From: Octopus sinensis
Lineage: Eukaryota
Assembly: GCF_006345805.1 (NCBI RefSeq)
Contig: NC_043002.1
Coordinates: 88,040,001-88,104,000, forward strand
DNA: 64,000 nucleotides
Direction of reading: 5' to 3'
This document shows, piece by piece, positions 1 to 14,529 of the stretch. Below the pieces are notes generated by a model. It saw nothing but the letters and a program-made list of their open reading frames with translations. It was not told the DNA's origin and did not search any database. Both the position numbers and the translations under genes were made by a program. Position 1 is the first letter of the stretch. Every line of letters starts with the position of its first letter.

Positions 1-329
1 TCTTTATGATGCCTTAAAAAAACACTTTGAACATCAGAGATTTAGAGTCCGCAATATTTTCAAATAAAAACATTACTCTCTGATAATTCAAAACTTTTAT
101 TTTAGGTCGAATTTATTAAAAGCTTAAAAGCCACACTCCGTGTGAACTCTTAAGCTGGTTGCCGCAGACGGCTAAGTGGGCTGCGGTCCAAAAATAAAGA
201 GAGCAATAATAATAATGTGTTTACTGGTACCCTACCGCTTAAAGGAAAAACTTGGAAGTTCGCAAATTTTTGGAATTCTTTCAAAATTTGAATTTTCAAC
301 TGTTAGCATATAACAAATCCTCATCCAAA

Positions 330-985
330 CCTGATCCCAAAGCTTGATGTTCAAGAACCAAATGAAGGGCAGATTTTCAATCCCGGGATCATCCACTGTG
401 GTCTCCTCATACAAGACAAAACATCTCGAGGATTGAATCACCCCAGAGGGCACTCACTAAACGAATTGAAGGCATGACTGCTCTCGATTATTAGGACCGC
501 CTTAAAGCCTTGAAACTCTACTCTCTCCAGTCCCACCGCGAGCGGTACATCATTTGTACGACGTGGAGAATATACCGCCAACTTTGCCCAAACGACCTGA
601 ACATTAGTTTCAAGGTTCATCCAAGCCTGGGACCACGGGCCATACGTCCCCTGCCCAGTTCAGGATCACAGCATATAGGTACACTGCAACATAATTTCTT
701 TTCCTCGACAGGCTCTGCCCTGTTTAACATTGTCCCGAAAGCGATCAAAGAGGAAAAGGATCCCATCAACTTTAAACGGAGTCTGGATAGATTTCTTCAA
801 GGAATACCAGATAAGCCACCCATAATTGGATACAACTCACCCAACAAGAACTCACTACTTGAATGGACCATAAACAAAACATGAATTAAACAGGATTTAG
901 ATAATCCTATCAGGTGGTGCTATTAAGTTAGACATGGCCTGGATCAATCTTTGGTCGAAACATATCTAAGTTTATCTAAGTCTAT
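330..985 (+). mobile_element. 3' fragment of a CR1/L2-like LINE (RT C-terminus), decayed
   Basis: Frame reads RIESPQRALTKRIEGMTALDY*DRLKALKLYSLQSHRERYII..., typical of the CR1/L2 ORF2 C-terminus; short tandem tail (ctaagt-like) at about 960-985. Confidence 0.8.
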
Positions 986-1832
986 GTCTACGTAGAGCAA
1001 ATGTAGACTGAGATACAGGGGTCACGGACGGACAGAATTTTGCGTTTGTTATTATAGATAAACTGTAATTGTATATATATCTATACATTTCAAATGCGAT
1101 CAGAATATATATTATAGGAAACAAAATATTTTAGTACTCATACACTTAAAATGCATTGGGTAATGTATCTATATACAAAACAAAATGTATTAATACATTT
1201 TAAATGCAAACAAAACATATCTATTATACAAAACAAAATCTATCCTTACGCTTTAAATGTGAACGTAATGTATTTATATACAAAACGAAATATATTTATA
1301 CAAACGGTATACATTTCTCGTAAGGATTGTATGAAATAGATTTCAGATTACCCTGGGAGTAATTTGAAATCGATTTCATCCTACGTCCCCCTATAACCGA
1401 TATTCTGAACGCGGTTTCAAGTTACCGGAAGATAAGCTGAAAGTGGGGAGTAGGGATGTGAGATGATCTGAAATCGCTCCACCGGTATCATTTTTATCGC
1501 TATATATATAAAATAAAATAAAAGATTAAACCACAAAAAAAAAGGTGGGGAGAAATTTAAATGGCAAGCCCATCATTTTCGACATACTTTAATCTGAAAG
1601 GTTTTTTCCAATTTATTCTTTAATTAGAACCGAAACATGAAATGTTAAATGAATGCTAAATTGACTAGGGTGATATAACAGTAAATATCACTCTAGTTGA
1701 CAAGCAAAACCAATTCCCGGATCATTTTCTGTACGGCCATGTTGATCTTCAAGTCTAATCAGCGTTCTTAAAGTTTCAATGATTGAAGAAGCTCCTATTT
1801 ACTACAGACTGTCACTTGCATATAGCTATGAA

Positions 1833-2169
1833 TGAGAGAGAGAGAGTGTGTGTGTGTGTGTGTATGTGTGTGTAAGTGTGTGTGTGTGTAAGTGTGTGTG
1901 TAAGTGTGTGTGTGTGTGTGTGTGTGTGCCTCTGTGTGTGTATGTATGTGCGTGTTTGTGTATGGTGACGGGGTTAGGGTGCTCGCGTCTAAAATGCAGG
2001 TAATTGATTTCATAAATGTGATGCATGTTATAACTTGCATGAATGTATGCGAATAGAGTGGGATGGAATATGCGAAGTGAGGGGTTTTATGTTTGTGCTG
2101 AGTAAGGTGATGAAGTAATTTAGCTATTATATATATATATATTTATACATACATACATACATACATACA

Positions 2170-2200
<31 letters not shown>

Positions 2201-2300
2201 GTGTGTGTTTGTGTGTGTAGATACATACATATGTATATATACACTCACACATACATACATGAATGCATGCACACACACGCACACATACACACACATACAT
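1833..2300. repeat. Compound microsatellites (GA)n,(GT)n,(TA)n,(ATAC)n
   Basis: Direct reading. Confidence 0.95.
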
Positions 2301-2459
2301 AAGCTTCTAATTTCTCTTGCTTAATTGCCCTACTGGGCGATGGCATAGTCAATATAAACATTAAGTGTTGAATAAATGATCCATTCAAGTACTTTTTCTT
2401 TCGTTTCTTTTATTTTCAAATTCAAACGTTTATGTGTGTATATACACCACACACACATG

Positions 2460-2850
<391 letters not shown>

Positions 2851-5440
2851 TTGAGATTCTGAGAATATTGAATATTACCAAATATGACCGGCATCTGAAG
2901 AAGTCCGAAGAGTACAACAGCCGAGTAGTTGTGACTTTAACAGACAAACTAAGTACACAAGTTGAAATACATCGTTGTGTGATTTTGTATTTATAACAAT
3001 TCGAACCACCCGAAGAACATTATTAACAACCCAATAAAGAACAGCCCTCTAAAACTTTCTGATGTCCCTCCAATTTGCAGTTTTCCTGATTACAATGAGG
3101 TCCTTGCAAGAAGTGAATTTAAGTAGAAAATCTTTTCTATCGATCCTACAACAGCACACACTTATACAAATAAAAAAGAAACTCCTTTTGGTACAAACCC
3201 ATTTTTCATTACTTAACTATTTAACTCAATAGTTGGCTATTTCTTTAAATTACGTAGATACTTTCAAGCACAGCTTAGATATCACAATTTATTTTTTATT
3301 GGATTATCTTTCAAATTTCTTATTCTAGCACTGAAAATTTTGCATTAATCCTAGCTTGCTCTAATGTGTATAAGCTTAATTCACAACAAAATTGTAACCA
3401 CAGCTATACCTTTAACTGAACTAAAAATTACAATTCCATTAATCCCTTTTGGGCCTGCGCACCTAGCTTATGATAAAGTAAAAGCTAATCATTTTTAACA
3501 CACCTACATAGCTCTACCTTCAAGTTCTTATAAATTATTCTTTGGTAAGCATACGAACCGATCAGAAGAAATAAAACATCTCTCCCATAATTCATTTGGC
3601 ATTTGAAAAATAATTACACACTAAAATATCTATCGAGAGTCATGTTACAAACTGATCATAAAAGACCCCATAATTTATGCACAACAGAGGACTTAGTGAT
3701 CTTACTAGCTGCAGAAACGACCCTAAATAAACATAATGGAATATCTCTTCTTGGATACATAAGTACATGAAAACTTAAACTACAAACCAAGAAATAATCC
3801 ACGTAGATTACTATATGTTATATAATCCTCTTATTAAACTTGTGATTTCATCTGTCTCATTCATTGTCCTCTAATCTATCGCTATACAGTAACCCCTAAA
3901 ATTCCACATTGTGATTATAGCTCTTAAATTCAAATTTAAGAATATTTCTTAGTCAGCCCATCTCAGCCAAAATTAATTTGTCTTTATTATCTAAAAATAT
4001 CTACTTCTTCGGTCTAGATTTCATTCTACATCTTCACCTAAATCTCAGTCCTTAATCTATCTATATCCTTAAAATGTAGTCTTTTATATTACTCTACTTT
4101 TAGTGATGTTTTCTATCTGTTTTTCTTTTTGTCTTTCTTTGAATGTCTTTCAAAATATCAATGGCTGAATTAAAATTAAATCTTAGTTACCCCACTGTAG
4201 CTATAAACTTTCCTTCTAGCCATCTTTATTTTCTAAAGATAAATGATTTGCTCATAGCAGATTTTAAGAATTATTTCTTTTGACCAAGAATATTTCGTTA
4301 TAAGCGTGCTATTCTTCTCGCTAAAATTACTTGCACTTTAATTAGAATTTTAATTATTCTAAACCATGATTTATTTTGCTTACGCTTTTTTTTTTTTCCT
4401 TTCTTGAAATTTATCGCAGATTTTATTTTAAACCCTTTCTTTTTTCAAAAAAACATAGAAGTACAATAATGAGTTTTGGATTTAGAATTTCCGTTTTTAT
4501 CTCAAATCCCGCAGAATTTGTTCTTAGTGAAAGGCTCTGACTTTATCACACAAATCTACAAGTATTTAAAATTTAAATTAATTCTAAGAGGCACTAAAAC
4601 TGAATTAATTAATAATCTGTATAAATTTAAATGTAAGAGAATTCGCCCTACTTTCTATTTATTCTACATTAGTTTATAAAGTAACTTACAGAAGCCAAAT
4701 ATTTATATTTAAGTCGTTTTGGGGGCGATTCAACATTTTTTTATTCTTAATTATTTCTCCTTTCCACCGTGCTCTTGTAAAATATCGTTTTATAAATGTC
4801 AGGTTGATCAGTAAGTAAAATATTAAACAAACAAACAAAAATTCTATTTAAAAAAATATTATTGGTCTCTATAAGTACATTTCTTTATTTAATCAAATGG
4901 ATTCTTCTACATTTGAAATTCGTTTTTTTATTTTTCTCCGCTCACTTAATTAAGCATACTTTATTATAAATGCATGAGCTAAGCGTTGTCTAAGTAATAA
5001 ATACAGTTTTTCCATCATATCATAGGGGCCTTGTTGTCAAAGGTTTAAAAAGATTTTTATGAAATTTTAAAATTAAAATTAAAAGAAAAAGTTTGAAATT
5101 TCGTAAACTGATGTAATTTTTCAAGCTGAATCTGATTTTGTTATTCATTTATTGGAGAAAAGCTTTCGAAAAAATTTTCAGAGATTCAAGGTTTGATCCT
5201 TTGTAGCCAAACGGACAACAGGATTTGAAAGCTGGCAATCCACAACGGAATATTTTTGTGAAAAATTACGAAAAAAACAAACTTACGTTATACTGTAGTT
5301 ATAATTCAGTTCATGTAAGCAATTAATAAATTTTCGAAATTATGGAAATGGGGTAACAGATTTTTTTAACAAAACTTGTGGTGGCAGCAACCGAAGGATC
5401 CTACCATGGTAGATTATCCCTTAAATATAAGAATGTAAAA

Positions 5441-5444
<4 letters not shown>

Positions 5445-5530
<86 letters not shown>

Positions 5531-5544
5531 TATATAATATATAT

Positions 5545-5581
<37 letters not shown>

Positions 5582-5582
5582 G
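5445..5582. repeat. (CT)n(TA)n microsatellite
   Basis: Direct reading. Confidence 0.95.
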
Positions 5583-6755
5583 GTTGCAACAACGCGCTCA
5601 CTTTTTTCCCAACCATCGGAGCACGAAGCGCTCCTCACGAACGCAGATCTGTGAGATGGTTGTGATCTGTAAACAGTTTTGAGTAGGAACCGGAGAGAGA
5701 TGTATAAACACGCAATGTGCATATGCACTGTGAATTCGTAAAATGGAAGAAAACATAAGAATGCAATGTGCATGTCAAAACAAGAAAACTGCAATAAACC
5801 TGCGTGATAGTGGTGTCAAACGTAGCATGCAGACCATCATACAACTTGTTTCACATTGCGATTTTATTTTTCTTTCTCCTAGATTAAACCGTTAAATATT
5901 CGATAAAAGTACACTCCTTTACTATAGCTTTAAAGCTATAAGACATTTCTCAAACCCCGTTTTTCTAGTTAATCAACTAAATATTCTAATAATTTTACAT
6001 GTTAGACAATATCGAGAGATTGCAATAGTACTTAGTTGTTCAGACTCAAGGCAACCCTGACGGAGAAGACCAATGATCAGAAGCATTAAAGCTGCGACTA
6101 TTATCCCAACTACTGTCAACCTTTATTTCCCCATCCCCTTTCTTTTTTCTTCAGAAGTAAGGATGATCAAACTTTGCAAAATACGTGTCCTTTTTTTTTA
6201 AGCAATGGGATTTGATTTGAGAAGTATGACTTAAATGTAATTAGTCGAACGCAGCGTAGATGCATCGTCGTTGGTCTTAGATCAACTTCAGTAACCTTTC
6301 CGTTTTATATCTATACGATATATTCATGACTACATTATCCAATGTGTTCTTTCTTCTTTTTTAAGTTGGTAGGGTGTGGTCTGAGGGAGATTTAGATACT
6401 AAATTTACAGATCGAGCAATCACCTAGACATCCTCATTAGCTAAAATTGCTTTGTATACTTAACGTAGTCGATTTGGAATCCAGCCGAAGAGTGGAATGA
6501 TGGTTGCTTCTGTTAAGACCCTATGGAGGAGGTGCCTGAGGACTCTACCACCACTTCCCCGACATCCCAGAACGAATGGACAGACAGATTTAAGCGGTGC
6601 ATTTACTTTAGTTTACTTCAGTTCACCAAATTGATTGGAATAAGTAATTGGTACTAATTCTACCAGAATTTTTACTTCAAATTGATCTGATATTGAACTA
6701 TTTCATATCTATTGATACACTTTAAACTTATGTACTCTGTACTATTCATTAAAGG

Positions 6756-7007
6756 TTTATGCGCCCTTTTAAAGCCTAGCCAGTGACATGGGCCCGGTTT
6801 CCCAGTTTCAGTGGTGTATGTGTTCCCCAGCTGGATGGGACGCCAGTCCATCGCAGCGTTACTCATTTTTGCCAGCTGAGTGGACTGGAGCAGCGTGAAA
6901 TGAAGTGTTTTGCTCAAGAACACAACGCGTCGCCCGGTCCAGGAACCGAAACCACAATCTTACGATCATGATATTGACACCCTAACCACTAAGCCACGCG
7001 CCTCCAC
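6756..7007 (-). mobile_element. tRNA-derived SINE
   Basis: Minus-strand head gtggaggcgcgTGGCTTAGTGGttag (A box) and B-box-like ggtttcggttcc, followed by gtgttcttgagcaa core shared with other copies. Confidence 0.8.
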
Positions 7008-7541
7008 AAAGTTTTATGAGAAGATTATATTTTTATTCTTGCTGAATTACTCATATCCTAGTACTGCATCACTCTGATGAAAGTTTCCTGTTTATGATGA
7101 GATCAGTAATTACATGTAATATCTTATTAGAACAATGCAGCAGATAAGGTTATTCTGAAGCAAATAGAATACAAGAAAAGATTCCTATTCCCACCTGCTA
7201 GAAATGGCAACCAACTTTTCCACATCTCATATGCTATTCTTGCAAATTAAAGAAGGGTTCATTGAACCACATATAAATACCATTTCTAAAACCAGGATGG
7301 AATGGTTACAGTTAAAAAGTCTTTGATTATTAGTCTGTTCAACCGTGAGCATATACCTAGAGATGACACCTGTTTATTATTATTAGGTGAATTGATCTCA
7401 TAAAAATGCCTTGGCTAAGGATACAGCTAATGTATAAGGAATACTGATTTATTCATACATCCGGGTTAACTACACTTAACTGATCCTGGACTACAAAACT
7501 AGGAGTACAAAATGCTGGTAAGGGTTTCAATCATTGATAAT

Positions 7542-7734
7542 ATGCTTAGCGGTATTTCGTCTGCCACTACGTTCTGAGTTCAAATTCCGCCGAGGTCGAC
7601 TTTGCCTTTCATCCTTTCGGGGTCGATAAATTAAGTACCAGTTACGCACTGGGGTCGATATAATCAACTTAATCCGTTTGTCTGTCTTTGTTTGTCCCCT
7701 CTGTGTTTAGCCCCCTGTGAGCAATAAAGAAATA
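7542..7734 (+). mobile_element. tRNA-derived SINE family A (gcctttcatcctttcggggtcgataa core), 5'-truncated
   Basis: B box gagttcaaattcc; same body recurs more than 10 times in the window. Confidence 0.9.
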
Positions 7735-8081
7735 AATATTCATAAAATTCAAGAATGACTGTTTCAGTAAGTTCTTTTGCATTTAGGAGCAAGAAGATCC
7801 CATTGTTGCAAACTGAAGTTCTTTATCAGAGTAGCTGAGCAATGGCTGGTGAAGTGTTAAATGGGAAAAAATGTGTTAAATGGTATAGACGGAAGCATAT
7901 GAGAAAGTGACATCTCTCCTTTAGGCAATCACTTCACTTTCTATTCACAAAAATAACCTACCTTTTCCAACATTTCCTTTTCGCAATACCATCACCCATT
8001 ACTTGACCACTCCACTGCAAGACCTTAGTCTAGAATGATAGATCTTCTCACTATTCACTATAATAAAACTTACAGGCCAGA

Positions 8082-8365
8082 ACATCATCATCATCATCAT
8101 CGTTTAACGTCCGTTTTCCATGCTAGCATGGTTTGGACGGTTTTGACTGAGGGCTGGCAACCAGATGGCTGCACCAGGCTCCAGTCTTGATCTGGCAGAG
8201 TTTCTACAGCTGGATGCCCTTCCTAACGCCAACCATTCTGAGAGTGTAGTGGGTGCTTTTTATGTGCCACCTGCACGGGGGCCAGTCAGGCGGTACTGGC
8301 AATGACCTCGCTCAAATCTTTTTACACGTGCCACCGACACAGGTGCCAGTGAAGCGACGTTGTAA
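8082..8365 (-). mobile_element. 3' end of RTE LINE with (GAT)n tail
   Basis: Same 3' sequence is physically joined to RTE ORF2 at 43302-44309 and 58203-60324. Confidence 0.85.
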
Positions 8366-8373
8366 CGATAACA

Positions 8374-8440
<67 letters not shown>

Positions 8441-8735
8441 TATCACCGTGACCGACTAGACTATCTGATGTTGCTACACATCTCTGGTCATAATGCGCTT
8501 CGCATTGTTTTAGCCTTCAAATGACGCCACGCCGCTGGCTAAGCGAGCAGGTCAATATATATATATATATATATATATAAATATATATATATAGGAAAGT
8601 GTAATAATGGTTGCTTCATAAAGAACCCTATACAGGAGGTGCCTAAAGACTATACCCCTACATCTCTCTCAGAAACCAGAAATTGTAGGTGAAGAAAATG
8701 GATGGATGGATATACATATATATATATATATTATA

Positions 8736-11054
8736 TAAAAGGGCTTAGTAAAATAAATTACTTTGCCGCATACTGAACTCGTTAGAAATAGCAGCTAAAA
8801 AAACTATTTCTAACACTTAAGAAAACCTCTCTCATATAGTGTTTGCTCAATTCAACTCAAGAAAGTATGAGGGTAGAGACATTAAAAAATCAAATGCAAA
8901 GGTTATTTGAGTACGTACGTTTCAAGATTAGCCAAAATCGACCCTTCTCTCATCAGCTCAGAATGCCCTTGTTTGAATTTGAAAACACTGAAAATGGGAG
9001 CATACCCTTTCGGCTTGTTATCGCTTCTGAAGATCTGTTCCAAACTAACAGTGCCAACAAACTCAAATATGCAAGAGAAAAATTTCTGCTCTCCCCTTTC
9101 CACCAGCGTGGTTTAAAATCAGCAAACACTATGCTTTTTTCGGTAAAATCCGAGACAATTAAGTAGAGAGAGATGAATTATAATTTCAACAATTGAGGGT
9201 AAAATTAATTAATTAATTAATCAATTTCACCAAGTATTCTATGCAAAGGGACCATTTAAGGCAAATTCCAATTATTACATTATGTAAAAGGGCTTAGTAA
9301 AATAAATTACTTTGCCGCATACTGAACTCGTTAGAAATAGCAGCTAAAAAAACTATTTCTAACACTTAAAGAACACCTCTCTCATATAGTGTTTGCTCAA
9401 TTCAACCCAAGAAAGTATGAGGGTAGAGACATTAAAAAATCAAATGCAAAGGTTATTTGAGTACGTACGTTTCAGATTAGCCAAAATCGACCCTTCTCTC
9501 ATCATCTCAGAATGCCCTTGTTTGAATTTGAAAACACTGAAAATGGGAGCATACCCTTTCGGCTTGTTATCGCTTCTGAAGATCTGTTCCAACTAACAGT
9601 GCCAACAAACTCAAATATGCAAGAGAAAAATTTCTGCTGCTCTCCCCTTTCCACCAGCGTGGGTTAAAATCAGCAAACACTATGCTTTTTTCGGTAAAAT
9701 CCGAGACAATTAAGTAGAGAGAGATGAATTATAATTTCAACAATTGAGGGTAAAATTAATTAATTAATTAATCAATTTCACCAAGTATTCAGTATGCAAA
9801 GGGACCATTTAAGGCAAATTCAAATTATTACATTATATAAAAGGGCTTAGTAAAATAAATTACTTTGCCGCATACTGAACTCGTTAGAAATAGCAGCTAA
9901 AAAAACTATTTCTAACACTTAAAGAAAACCTCTCTCATATAGTGTTTGCTCAATTCAACTCAAGAAAGTATGAGGGTAGAGACATTAAAAAATCAAATGC
10001 AAAGGTTATTTGAGTACGTACGTTTCAAGATTAGCCAAAATCGACCCTTCTCTCATCATCTCAGAATGCCCTTGTTTGAATTTGAAAACACTGAAAATGG
10101 GAGCATACCCTTTCGGCTTGTTATCGCTTCTGAAGATCTGTTCCAAACTAACAGTGCCAACAAACTCAAATATGCAAGAGAAAAATTTCGAAGGGTCGAT
10201 TTTGGCTAATCTTGAAACGTACGTACTCAAATAACCTTTGCATTTGATTTTTTAATGTCTCTACCCTCATACTTTCTTGAGTTGAATTGAGCAAACACTA
10301 TATGAGAGAGGTTTTCTTTAAGTGTTAGAAATAGTTTTTTTAGCTGCTATTTCTAACGAGTTCAGTATGCGGTAAAGTAATTTATTTTACTAAGCCCTTT
10401 TATATAATGTAATAATTTGAATTTGCCTTAAATGGTCCCTTTGCATACTGAATACTTGGTGAAATTGATTAATTAATTAATTAATTTTACCCTCAATTGT
10501 TGAAATTATAATTCATCTCTCTCTACTTAATTGTCTCGGATTTTACCGAAAAAAGCATAGTGTTTGCTGATTTTAACCCACGCTGGTGGAAAGGGGAGAG
10601 CAGAAATTTTTCTCTTGCATATTTGAGTTTGTTGGCACTGTTAGTTTGGAACAGATCTTCAGAAGCGATAACAAGCCGAAAGGGTATGCTCCCATTTTCA
10701 CAGTGTTTTCAAATTCAAACAAGGGCATTCTGAGCTGATGAGAGAAGGGTCGATTTTGGCTAATCTTGAAACGTACGTTACTCAAATACCTTTGCATTTG
10801 ATTTTTTAATGTCTCTACCCTCATACTTTCTTGAGTTGAATTGAGCAAACACTATATGAGAGATTTTTCTTTAAGTGTTAGAAATAGTTTTTTTAGCTGC
10901 TATTTCTAACGAGTTCAGTATGCGGCAAAGTAATTTATTTTACTAAGCCCTTTTATATAATGTAATAATTTGAATTTGCCTTAATGGTCCCTTTGCATAC
11001 TGAATACTTGGTGAAATTGATTAATTAATTAATTAATTTTACCCTCAATTGTTG

Positions 11055-11061
<7 letters not shown>
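8736..11061. repeat. ~550-bp tandem array (2.6 units) switching to inverted orientation; ~870-bp palindrome arms (9179-10050 / 10190-11061)
   Basis: Units start at 8736, 9285, 9838; 10190 onward is the reverse complement of 10050 backward; bounded by (TA)n. Confidence 0.93.
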
Positions 11062-11106
<45 letters not shown>

Positions 11107-11275
11107 CATACTTACACACATTGTTCCTATTTACAAGTACATCCATTCAGTTATTTGTATATGTACATTGTACATTACAGAATATGTAAATATATTCATA
11201 CACAAACAAACACACATTCTTACAAATATGTGTGAGAGAGGAGTACTACGTGTGTGTGTGTGTGTGCGTGCATGC

Positions 11276-11308
<33 letters not shown>

Positions 11309-11804
11309 TGTGTGTGTGTGTGAATAGCAATAAACATCACTTTTATTGCTAACTGTGTAAACAAGATTTAATTGGTTGATTTCATTACAAGCTGCCAGCG
11401 GAAGAGTTTTAAATAAATCAAAACGAGATTGAAATGACCACCTGTTGGTCCATAATCCAGAGATTATTATTAGTTTTTTTTTGCTTTCTTTTGCTTGACC
11501 GAGAATGCAAATGGTGTTATTATCATAACACCATTGATAGATGTATAGTTATCTTTTTTTCCTTCATGACAAGTCATACACATGAAATATTTTTATAAAC
11601 TACTTTTTTTCTTTTTAATTACTTTATCCAAATCTTATCAGTCATTACTTGTGATATCCTCAAATGTTTACCTACCCTACAAGTTATAATCATATGGTGA
11701 ACTAGTTCCATGAGCTATAATACTGATTTGACATTATATAATAGTATGTGGCCATTAGTATGACAAGAGAACCCTCTGGGATATATGAATTATCTTTTTT
11801 TTTT

Positions 11805-12300
11805 TACTAGACTGCAGCCATGCTAGGGTACTGTCATGGAGAATTTTTATCAAAGAAATCGATCCCACTACTTGCTAACTTTTTTTAATTTTTTTTTTTT
11901 TTTTTTTGTCAAGCCTGGTGCTTTTCCTATTGTGCATTTTTTGACAAACCACTAAGTTTTGGGGAAGTGAACACACCAAGACTGGTTGTCAAGCAGTAGT
12001 GGGGGATAAACAGACACACAGACACAAGAACACACACAAATATATGTGTGTGTGTGTGTATTTATATATATATATATATATATTTATTTATATATATCCC
12101 TCTCTCTCTCTTTCGGAGAGGCACTGAGCAGCTATACGCACACATACACACACGGCAGTAACTTCCACCTACCGAATTCAATCACAAAGCTTTGGTCGAC
12201 TCGGTGCTATAGCAGAAGACACCTACCCAAAGTGCCACGCAGTGGGACTGAACCCGAAACCATGTAGCAAGGAAGTAAGCTCCCTAACCACACAGCCATA
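11805..12300 (-). mobile_element. tRNA-derived SINE family B (CORE-like ccttgggcaag motif, internal microsatellite), decayed
   Basis: Head gggttcagtcccactgcgtggcac..ggtgtcttct; matches copies at 14045, 22253, 40071. Confidence 0.8.
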
Positions 12301-12462
12301 TTTATTTATATACATATATCATCATCATCATCATCATCGTTTAGCGTCCGTTTTCCATGCTAGCATGGGTTGGACAGTTCTACTGGGGTCTGTGAAGCCA
12401 GAAGGCTTCATCAGGCCCAGTTAAATCTGGCAGTGTTTCTACGGCTGGATGCCCTTCCTAAC

Positions 12463-12506
<44 letters not shown>

Positions 12507-12828
12507 ACAAGCTTCTTTCAGTTTCTGTCTCCCAAATCCACTCACAGGACTTTGGTCAGCCTGAGGCTATAGTAGAAGACACTTGCCCAAGATGCTACTT
12601 TATCAGTTTTTTTCTATGTTTTAAACTATTCCAGCTTAGTGATTTAGGTCACAACAATGGGTTGTGAGCAGTTACGAGAAAACTGATCAAAACTATGAAC
12701 TAGGAAGATTCAAAGGGTTGCTGTTTGGGGGTAGAAGTAGATATATTGGTAAAAGATTAGTGGAATATACAGTCAGCAAGTTTAGGCAGTTAACATTCAG
12801 TGATAGCGTTTTTCTGATAGCAAATGGC

Positions 12829-13255
12829 AGATCTTTTCGGTTTGAACGGCAGTTTTTCTAGCAGTGTCATATGAAATTGTCACCCATTATTATGACCCTA
12901 GTATCGATCTATTGCATTTCAATCTATTTTAGGGTTAGGGTTAGTTAGGGTTAGGGGTGGGGGGAAGGGTATCTTTTTTTTCTTCACAAATATAAATAAA
13001 CCCAATCTGTTTCTTAAACGAGGGACATATTCATACGGTACAGAATGTTTTTTGCCTCAATAGACGTCAGTGATTGGTTGAAATTGCAGAAATTGAAGAA
13101 AAAAAACAACAAATATCTTACAAACTATAGAATTTTCTCAATAAAGCCAAGAGAAAAAGATGTTTTATAAACACATTCTACCAGTATACGAAGTTTAAAA
13201 TTTTTTAGTTACCTAAAAATTATGTTAAAAACTGCCGTTCAATCTGAAAAGATCC
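12829..13255. mobile_element. ~425-bp MITE with ~29-bp GGATC TIRs and internal TTAGGG motifs
   Basis: TIRs (g)gatcttttcggtttgaacggcagttttt / aaaaactgccgttcaatctgaaaagatcc; TSD not recognisable in this copy. Confidence 0.9.
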
Positions 13256-13489
13256 TGGCTAATGTAGTAATGATTATCAGAGTAAATATAGTATCATCCA
13301 TCATGTGTTTCATCATTTTACAGTACTAAATTCAAATCTTGACATAAACAAAACTCAAGTTTAACTGGTCTATATAACTGACATATATATAAGTGGTTCT
13401 TAGTAACCTAATTAAATCATGTGGTGTTTTTTGATGGGAGGGGATGTCCTTGGATTTACCTAAAATCTATGTGCCCAGCTGGTAATATA

Positions 13490-13727
13490 TATATATATCT
13501 TTATTGCCCACAAGGGGCTAAACATAGAAGGGACAAACATTGACAGACAAAGGGATTAAGTTGATTACATCGACCCCAGGGCAAAACTGGTACTTTATTT
13601 ATTGACCCCGAAAGGATGAAAGGCAAAGTTGACCTCAGTAGAATTTGAACTCAGAACGTAACGACAGACAAAATACCGCTAAGCATTTCGCCCGGTGCGC
13701 TAACGTGTCTGCCAGCTCGCCGCCTTA
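13490..13727 (-). mobile_element. SINE family A, full length with 16-bp TSD
   Basis: TSD cccagctggtaatata at 13474-13489 and 13728-13743. Confidence 0.93.
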
Positions 13728-13958
13728 CCCAGCTGGTAATATAGTTAATGAATGCAACTTAAAATTTATAATTCATCACATATCTACATAATCCTAACCT
13801 TGCACCTCTTTTATATTAAGTTTTACCAACCATACACTTTTAGAAACAGTAATATAAATTAACTATTACTTTTCCAGTTTATATGGGACTTGAAAAATAA
13901 CTTAAAATTATACTTAAATTATGGAGTATTGAGTCAAGAATTATACTGACACATTATT

Positions 13959-14002
<44 letters not shown>

Positions 14003-14044
14003 CTGAGATAATTTCCAGCACACACTAACATTTTGGTAACTGAT

Positions 14045-14459
14045 ACTCTCTCTCTCTCTTTTACTCTTTTATTTGTTTCAGTCATTTGACTGTGGCCATG
14101 CTGGAGCACCACCTTTAGTCGAGCAAATCGACCCCTGGACTTATTCTTTGTAAGCCCAGTACTTATTCTATCGGTCTCTTTTGCCAAACCGCTAAGTGAC
14201 AGGGACGTAAACACACCAGCATCGGTTGTCAAGCAATGCTAGGGGGACAAACACAGACACACAAACATATACACACACACACATATATATATATATACAT
14301 ATATACGACAGGCTTCTTTCAGTTTCCGTCTACCAAATCCACTCACAAGGCATTGGTCGACCCAGGGCTATAGCAGAAGACACTTGCTCAAGATGCCACT
14401 GAACCCGGGACCATGTGGCTGGTAAGCAAGCTACTTACCACACAGCCACTCCTGCACCT
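14045..14459 (-). mobile_element. SINE family B, near full length
   Basis: A box tggctgtgtgg, tail gaaacaaataaaagagtaaaa. Confidence 0.9.
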
Positions 14460-14529
14460 GATACTGAACAAAAATAGATCATTTTCTTTTCATGCAAATA
14501 TGAATAATTTACGCTGGTCAATGACTTTC

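Noticed and set aside
2940-4700. Possible highly decayed retroelement ORF on the minus strand
   Set aside because: Coding-like texture but no motif I could identify with confidence.
7788-7882. Plus-strand exon-like segment (tttag|gagc...aaatg|gtata) with MAGEVLNGKKCVK
   Set aside because: No partner exons or homology found; splice signals of this quality occur by chance in AT-rich DNA.
8843-10848. Repeated MLNSTQESMRVETLK ORFs
   Set aside because: Start at non-ATG codons, differ by frameshifts between repeat units, no recognisable domain.
12930-12965. TTAGGG repeats as a telomere or fusion site
   Set aside because: Only a few units, and part of the MITE consensus in every full copy.
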